Of a DNA stretch of 32,000 nt, positions 26,941 through 32,000 are shown in pieces (positions within the stretch are counted from its first letter, which is position 1; each line of letters opens with the position of its first letter). The stretch lies in the NCBI RefSeq assembly GCF_000619845.1, contig NZ_JHUX01000003.1, positions 1,510,064-1,542,063 of the forward strand, written 5' to 3'. The position numbers and the translations under genes were made by a program. Source of the stretch: Alkanindiges illinoisensis DSM 15370. Its GTDB lineage: Bacteria; Pseudomonadota; Gammaproteobacteria; Pseudomonadales; Moraxellaceae. The notes below the pieces were generated by a model that ran no database searches, was not told the DNA's origin, and saw nothing but the letters and a program-made list of their open reading frames with translations.

Positions 26941-29562
26941 ATGCTAAAAAAAATTCTATTCCAGTTGCACTGGTTTTTTGGAATTAGTGCAGGCCTGATT
27001 CTGGCTATTATGGGCGTAACCGGTGCCATTTATTCCTATGAAGAATCCATCACAAAAATCCTAAATCCTGACAGCTTTGTGGTACAGGCCCAACCGGGTA
27101 CAGTGCTAAGCCCTGCCCAGCTTTATGCAGCCTATCAGCGCCAATATCCTGATCAGGCCATCAATGCCGTGACCGTAGCCGCTTCAAAAACCGAAGCTGC
27201 AAGTGTGAATGTGGCAGCGCCGGGTAGCCGCCGGGGCAAGACTTACAATGTCAATCCCTATACCGCCGAGCGCCTGCCAGAAGCCAGCAGTGAAGCATTC
27301 TTTCATTTTATTGAAGACCTGCACCGCCGCCTGACCATGGGGGAATTTGGCAAGCAGCTTACGGGTATTAGTACTCTTATCCTGATTTATTTTATTTTCA
27401 GTGGCCTGTATTTACGCTGGCCCAAGAAAAGCTCTGCCCGTGAATGGCTGGTGGTTAAAAAGAATTTAAAAGGCCGCAGCTTTTTGTGGAACCTGCATGC
27501 TGTTGTTGGCACCTGGGTACTGGTATTTTACCTGTTATTGGCATTAACGGGTTTAACCTGGTCTTATAACTGGTATCGCACTGCTGCTTATAACGTGATG
27601 GGTGTTGAACCACCAAAACCACAAGGCGGGCCAAGAGGGCCGGGAGCTGGCGAACAGCCCAAGCTCAATGTTGAACGTGCAATGCGTGCACCACAGGATG
27701 GCGTACCCGCCAATAGCCGGGGCAGCAAAGGACTCAAAGCGCCTGAAATAAATCCTGATCAGGCATTAAATCAGGGCTGGCAGGTGTTTAACCAGACTGT
27801 GAAAAGCTACTCTACAGCCACCTTCCGCCTGCCAGAAAAAGGCAATACGCTGGAAGTGTCTTTTGTAGATGCCGTGCCACAGCATGAGCGTGCGCGTAAT
27901 ACCTTAAAATATAATCTGGCCCAGCAAAAAATTGAGGAGCTTAGTTTTTATAAAGACAAAGCTCTGAATGAAAAAATCATGAGCAGTATTTTGCCAGTGC
28001 ATCGGGGAAGCTTCTTTGGCCCAGTCTGGCAGTTCCTGACCATGCTGGCTGCCCTCAGTATGCCGCTGTTTTTTATTACAGGATGGATGCTGTATCTCAA
28101 GCGCCGCAAGCAAAAGAAACTCACCCTTGCCGCCCAGCAATTGTCACCGCTGACTGGAAATGGCCAGTCGCCGTGGCTAGTGATTTATGCCAGCCAGACT
28201 GGTTTTGCCGAACAAGTGGCATGGCGTACGGCCCAGAGCCTGCAACAGGCCAATATCCCTGCTCAGGTGATTAGCATGGATCAGCTTGGGATTGACCAGT
28301 TAAAAACTGCCACCACTGCCCTGTTTGTAGTAAGTACGTATGGACAAGGCGAACCACCGGATCACGCGCGTGGGTTTGCCAAAAAATATCTGGCGCAGCC
28401 TGCTGATTTAAGTCAGCTTAGCTATGCGGTATTGGCACTGGGTGACAAGGAATATCAGGCCACTTACTGCGCCTTTGGTAAGCAACTGGATCAATGGCTG
28501 GAGGATGGCAGTGCCAACCGTCTGTTTGACTGTATTGAAGTGAACTATGGCAGCAATATTGACCTTAATCGCTGGCATGATGCTTTAAGCAGCGTAACGC
28601 ACACCCGCCTTGATAGCATGGTGATTACCAAGGTGTTTGATGAATGGCAACTGCAAAGCCGTGAAGTGCTTAATCCCGGTAGTCTAGGTGAACCGGCATT
28701 TGAAATCCGGCTGGTTGCCCAGCATGATGCCTTATGGAATGCCGGTGATATTGCAGAAATCCAGCCCGGTAACAGTGATGACATTATTACCGCCTTTTTG
28801 GCAAAGCATGAACTGCATGCAGAAAGTCAGGTACAACTTCATGGCAAACAGATGCCTCTGTTTAAAGCGCTGCGTTACTTAAACCTAGGTTTCAATGTAA
28901 CAGCCAGCGTACCGCAAAAATTTGGAGTACAGGAATGGCTGGAACAACTTCAACCCCTTCCCTGGCGTGAATATTCCATTGCCTCTATTCCGCAAGATGG
29001 CTATTTAAGTCTGGTGGTGCGCCAGAACAAAATTGCTAATGGCCTAAATTTAGGACTAGGTTCTGGCTGGCTCACTGCCCATGCCGCGGTAGGCCAGAAT
29101 ATTTTGCTGCGTATCCGTAGTAATGAAAGCTTCCATGCGCCCGATGACAACCGTCCGGTTATTTTGATTGGCAATGGCACTGGTATTGCTGGTTTGATGA
29201 GCATTTTAAAATATCGTGCCCTGCATGGCTTTAACCGTAACTGGCTAATCTTTGGTGAACGCCAGCGTGAGCGCGACTATTTCTTTGCCCAGCAACTGGA
29301 GCAATGGCACATTAACCAGCATCTGCATACTCTGGATCTGGTATTTTCACGTGACCAGCCCGAACGCCGCTATGTGCAGCACTGCCTGCTGGCGCAAAAA
29401 GAACAGGTGCAGCAATGGGTAGAACAGGGCGCATCCATTTATGTCTGCGGCAGTATTGATGGCATGGCCCCAGCGGTAGATGAAGCCTTGATTCAGATTC
29501 TGGGCGACGCGACGCTGGAACAACTCACTTTAGCTGGCCGTTATCGCCGTGATGTTTATTAA
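26941..29562 (+). CDS. PepSY-associated TM (PiuB-like) domain fused to a CysJ-like diflavin (FMN + FAD/NADPH) reductase
   Basis: The N-terminus LHWFFGISAGLILAIMGVTGAIYSY is PepSY_TM-like with several TM helices. C-terminal motifs are flavodoxin VIYASQTGFAEQVA, FAD REYSIAS, NADPH IGNGTGIAG, and YVCGS. Confidence 0.8.
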   Translation: MLKKILFQLHWFFGISAGLILAIMGVTGAIYSYEESITKILNPDSFVVQAQPGTVLSPAQLYAAYQRQYPDQAINAVTVAASKTEAASVNVAAPGSRRGKTYNVNPYTAERLPEASSEAFFHFIEDLHRRLTMGEFGKQLTGISTLILIYFIFSGLYLRWPKKSSAREWLVVKKNLKGRSFLWNLHAVVGTWVLVFYLLLALTGLTWSYNWYRTAAYNVMGVEPPKPQGGPRGPGAGEQPKLNVERAMRAPQDGVPANSRGSKGLKAPEINPDQALNQGWQVFNQTVKSYSTATFRLPEKGNTLEVSFVDAVPQHERARNTLKYNLAQQKIEELSFYKDKALNEKIMSSILPVHRGSFFGPVWQFLTMLAALSMPLFFITGWMLYLKRRKQKKLTLAAQQLSPLTGNGQSPWLVIYASQTGFAEQVAWRTAQSLQQANIPAQVISMDQLGIDQLKTATTALFVVSTYGQGEPPDHARGFAKKYLAQPADLSQLSYAVLALGDKEYQATYCAFGKQLDQWLEDGSANRLFDCIEVNYGSNIDLNRWHDALSSVTHTRLDSMVITKVFDEWQLQSREVLNPGSLGEPAFEIRLVAQHDALWNAGDIAEIQPGNSDDIITAFLAKHELHAESQVQLHGKQMPLFKALRYLNLGFNVTASVPQKFGVQEWLEQLQPLPWREYSIASIPQDGYLSLVVRQNKIANGLNLGLGSGWLTAHAAVGQNILLRIRSNESFHAPDDNRPVILIGNGTGIAGLMSILKYRALHGFNRNWLIFGERQRERDYFFAQQLEQWHINQHLHTLDLVFSRDQPERRYVQHCLLAQKEQVQQWVEQGASIYVCGSIDGMAPAVDEALIQILGDATLEQLTLAGRYRRDVY

Positions 29563-29622
29563 TAGACTTTAAAGCAAAACTTGAATGGAATTTTGTATAA
29601 CACCTGTCCAAGCGACGGGCTT

Positions 29623-30330
29623 TTATATTTTCTGGCTGAGCTGTTTTAAGCCTGCTAAATCCAGAATTTCCACTTCCCGATAGTCCACCCGAATGAGTTG
29701 CTGCATTTCCAGCTGTTTTAAAATCTGGTTGGTGGTCTGGCGTGAAATTGCCAGCATACTGGCCAACTGCTCTTGCGGCAAATTCAGCACCCGGCGGCTG
29801 TTCTGGCTCAACTCGCCATAGCCTTCAGCAATTAAAATCAACCGACTCACCAAGCGTTTAAATGCCGGAAACAAGGCATTTTCCTCAAGGCTGGCAAAGG
29901 TAAAACGGATTTTCTGGGTGCTTAACTGCGCCATATAACGCCAACATAGCGGATTGTCCTGCAACATCTGCTCCAGCGCAGCAGGTGATATCCATAGTAG
30001 CTTGCTGGGCTTTTCGGCCACGGCATCATGGGTACGTGGCAAACCATCAATCAGCGCAATCTCGCCAAACCAGTTACAAGGTTCAATCACCGCCAGCAAT
30101 GCTTCCTTGCCTTGCTCATTATGGCTATTAATCCGCAACGCCCCTTCCAGCACACAATACAGACCATCAAAGGCATCATTACGATAAAACAAATATTGCT
30201 GGGCTGTTAGATGTTTAATTCTGGCATGGCTTAATAACTGCTGCTGAACATACGCTGGCAATGAATGAAACCACTGGCCCTGCTGAAGCTGCTGCATCTC
30301 ATGTGTACTGATATCAGGCGCTATGGTCAT
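29623..30330 (-). CDS. Crp/Fnr-family transcriptional regulator
   Basis: cNMP-binding beta-roll (FGEIALIDGLPRTHDAVA) plus a C-terminal HTH (QEQLASMLAISRQTTNQILKQL). No N-terminal Fnr Cys cluster. Confidence 0.85.
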   Translation of the reverse strand: MTIAPDISTHEMQQLQQGQWFHSLPAYVQQQLLSHARIKHLTAQQYLFYRNDAFDGLYCVLEGALRINSHNEQGKEALLAVIEPCNWFGEIALIDGLPRTHDAVAEKPSKLLWISPAALEQMLQDNPLCWRYMAQLSTQKIRFTFASLEENALFPAFKRLVSRLILIAEGYGELSQNSRRVLNLPQEQLASMLAISRQTTNQILKQLEMQQLIRVDYREVEILDLAGLKQLSQKI

Positions 30331-30403
30331 GTATTGTCTTGCCGGATTAAACCCATACTTTAATCATACGAAAGATTGCTGCCCAGTTAAAGATTGTCGC
30401 CTA

Positions 30404-30418
30404 GTTGATAGTGTCAAC
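30404..30418. promoter_or_regulatory. Palindrome GTTGA-N5-TCAAC in the crp-family / DUF962 divergent region
   Basis: Perfect 5+5 inverted repeat centred 59 nt upstream of ATG 30470. Nearby direct repeats AAAGATTG lie at 30371-30378 and 30389-30396. Confidence 0.3.
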
Positions 30419-30469
30419 GATGGAGTGAGCGTAAGCTATCCAGTAAATAATCCGGATGGAGTATCAACC

Positions 30470-30787
30470 ATGAAAATTACCCTCAATGCAGAATGGACCC
30501 GCCTGCTCAAAAGCTACAAGGCTGATCACCAGAATCCCCGTAACCAGTTTTGCCATAAAATTGGTATTCCCCTGATTGCAGCATCGCTACCTATCGGCGC
30601 CACTATCATTGGCCTGCCCCTTGCTGTGCCCATGTTCACTGTAGGCTGGGGTTTTCAGTTTGCAGGACATATTTTTGAAGGTAAAAAACCGGCTTTTGTG
30701 GATGACAAGCGTCAATTGCTTGTAGGACTGGTATGGTGGGGTCAAAAATCCGGTCTGGTTGATGTCAACACCACGGTTGAGGATTAA
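30470..30787 (+). CDS. DUF962 / Mpo1-like small membrane protein
   Basis: YKADHQNPRNQFCHKIGIPL...GWGFQFAGHIFEGKKPAF resembles the DUF962 (YGL010w/Mpo1-like) pattern. GGAG lies 9 nt before ATG 30470. The ORF-track start 30323 overlaps the crp-family start and lacks support. Confidence 0.65.
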   Translation: MKITLNAEWTRLLKSYKADHQNPRNQFCHKIGIPLIAASLPIGATIIGLPLAVPMFTVGWGFQFAGHIFEGKKPAFVDDKRQLLVGLVWWGQKSGLVDVNTTVED

Positions 30788-30829
30788 AGCAAATCATTGC
30801 TGTATTGAACACAGTACATAGTTATAAAT

Positions 30830-30866
30830 CAGGAGACTTAGCATACTAATAAGTCTCCTGTTGATT
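30830..30866 (+). terminator. Hairpin terminator after the DUF962 gene
   Basis: 11-bp perfect stem CAGGAGACTTA (30830-30840) / TAAGTCTCCTG (30850-30860). The T tract TTGATT is weak. Confidence 0.55.
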
Positions 30867-30994
30867 AAAAAATAAGCTCTAATATTAATAGCAAACCTAT
30901 TTTATTACTTACCAATGCTTCGCCTAATACAAAATTATTCATGATTAATAAAGCGTTTCTTTTATGCTATAGAAAACAATTATTGGAGAAAATT

Positions 30995-31174
30995 ATGCTA
31001 TCAAACATATTGAAAGTAATTAGTGCGGCTATTGCTACTGCTCTATTGGCAACAGGCTGTGCAGTACATACACCTGATGGCAGCGTCGTGATTGACCCTG
31101 ATCGCACTTATGGTAGTCATCCTCATGATGGTAGATTTTGCCCACCTGGTCAGGCTAAAAAGGGCCGTTGTTAA
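30995..31174 (+). CDS. Small lipoprotein, 59 aa
   Basis: Lipobox LLATG|C. The C-terminal CPPGQAKKGRC motif is common in small proteobacterial exported proteins. GGAG lies 6 nt before ATG 30995. Confidence 0.6.
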   Translation: MLSNILKVISAAIATALLATGCAVHTPDGSVVIDPDRTYGSHPHDGRFCPPGQAKKGRC

Positions 31175-31186
31175 TTTTTATTTTTC

Positions 31187-31214
31187 AAAAGCTCCTCAAT
31201 TCAGGAGCTTTTTA
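31187..31214. terminator. Bidirectional intrinsic terminator between convergent small genes
   Basis: AAAAGCTCCT / AGGAGCTTTT with a 6-nt loop. Confidence 0.8.
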
Positions 31215-31274
31215 TTATCTTGAAAGTTATTCATGATAAAACAATACAAATTACCCAAATTCATTCAAGACGTA

Positions 31275-31694
31275 TTATTTACAGCCATTCATATTATGCG
31301 TCTGCGTTTCTACCATGGTTCGCGTGTCTTTATTGCAGGTCACAATGGCCGTACCATCATCCAGACAATACTTGAGTACTGACATATTTGCTGTTTGGGT
31401 ATCAGACAATACCTTGTAGCCTTTTCTAACAAACATACTTTTCATAATGCCCTGAAACGCCAGACAGCGATCATACTCCATTGACATGGTTTCATTGGTT
31501 AAGCCGGATGAACTCATCACCTTCTGGGTTGAAGCATTTGCTGTCCCAGTTTTAGTTTTTGACGAGGCTCCTACAGCACAGGGCGCTTCCTGATAAATCG
31601 TGCCTTTACTGGTGGTACATTTATAAACACTACTGGCTTCGGCAGACTGAGCCAGCACTAACATAACCATAACCCCTAAAATATTTGTCTTCAT
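31275..31694 (-). CDS. Secreted Cys-containing protein with a DUF4124-like N-terminal motif
   Basis: Signal peptide MKTNILGVMVMLVLAQSAEA|SS. SVYKCTTSKGTIYQEAPC resembles the DUF4124 pattern. ATG 31694 is preferred to 31718. Confidence 0.55.
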   Translation of the reverse strand: MKTNILGVMVMLVLAQSAEASSVYKCTTSKGTIYQEAPCAVGASSKTKTGTANASTQKVMSSSGLTNETMSMEYDRCLAFQGIMKSMFVRKGYKVLSDTQTANMSVLKYCLDDGTAIVTCNKDTRTMVETQTHNMNGCK

Positions 31695-31870
31695 ATGAAT
31701 TTCCATTTCTTTATTCAATTATTTAAATACTTTCAATAACGCAACAATAGCATATTGGGTTTCATCGTGACTCTTCCAGTAAGGCATTATTAAAAAGAAT
31801 TTTAAGCTTTACTTTAGTTGCTTGAATGAACAAGTTTAAATTTAAAAAATCTAGATTTAATAGCATTGAC

Positions 31871-31905
31871 CAAAAAACAAAAAACCGCACTAAAAAGCGC
31901 GGTTT
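31871..31905 (-). terminator. Intrinsic terminator downstream of tRNA-Val
   Basis: On the minus strand: AAACCGCGC-TTTTTA-GTGCGGTTT followed by TTTGTTTTTT. Confidence 0.7.
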
Positions 31906-31927
31906 CATTTTATTTCCAACAGAAATA

Positions 31928-32000
31928 TGGTGGGCGTTGACGGACTCGAACCGCCGACCCGCTGCTTGTAAGGCAGCTGCTCTACCAACTGAGCTAAACG
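31928..32000 (-). tRNA. tRNA-Val (anticodon UAC), 5' end truncated by about 3 nt at the window edge
   Basis: The reverse complement folds as a cloverleaf. D-arm GCTCAGTTGGTAGAGC; anticodon stem GCTGC/GCAGC with loop CTTACAA; T-arm GGCGG-TTCGAGT-CCGTC; acceptor AACGCCC-A-CCA. Confidence 0.9.

Noticed and set aside
30323-30469. N-terminal extension of the DUF962 ORF (ORF-track start 30323), and similar extensions for cysH (7767), mreB (15699), fadH (3345) and the MFS gene (24418).
   Set aside because: The extensions lack SD sequences, overlap divergent promoters or neighbouring starts, and are absent from the homologues I recall. Internal starts with SD sequences fit better.

Overview
The window looks like ordinary core chromosome of an Acinetobacter-like (Moraxellaceae) gammaproteobacterium. 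This call rests on a wax-ester synthase that closely matches A. baylyi AtfA as I recall it, and on the divergent mreBCD-maf-rng / gatCAB arrangement shared with Pseudomonas and Acinetobacter. Gene order is: htpX; fadH, divergent from two tandem FadL-family outer-membrane transporters; thrH; cysH (Fe-S APS-reductase type); atfA; an untracked 59-codon ORF; rng-maf-mreD-mreC-mreB on the minus strand; gatC-gatA-gatB; a small OM beta-barrel; two co-oriented unassignable ORFs; gltS; a Bcr/CflA-type MFS transporter; a class-I glutamine amidotransferase; two small membrane proteins; a PepSY-TM/diflavin-reductase fusion; a Crp/Fnr-family regulator divergent from a DUF962-like gene; two small secreted or lipoproteins; and a truncated tRNA-Val(UAC) at the right edge. 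Most long ORF-track entries that overlap these genes are antisense or alternate-frame artefacts. I found no CRISPR array, IS/transposase, integrase, prophage gene or recognisable defence or toxin gene, and I cannot point to a clearly novel system. The best second-look candidates are: (1) the terminator-insulated two-gene cassette at 20349-21767, a His-rich 205-aa protein plus a very acidic 240-aa protein; (2) a REP-like repeat cluster plus a long stem-loop filling the mreB-mreC spacer; (3) the membrane-anchored PepSY-diflavin reductase with a Fur-box-like site; (4) the untracked 59-aa ORF downstream of rng. All functional calls rest on my reading of motifs and remembered homologues. No database search was run.
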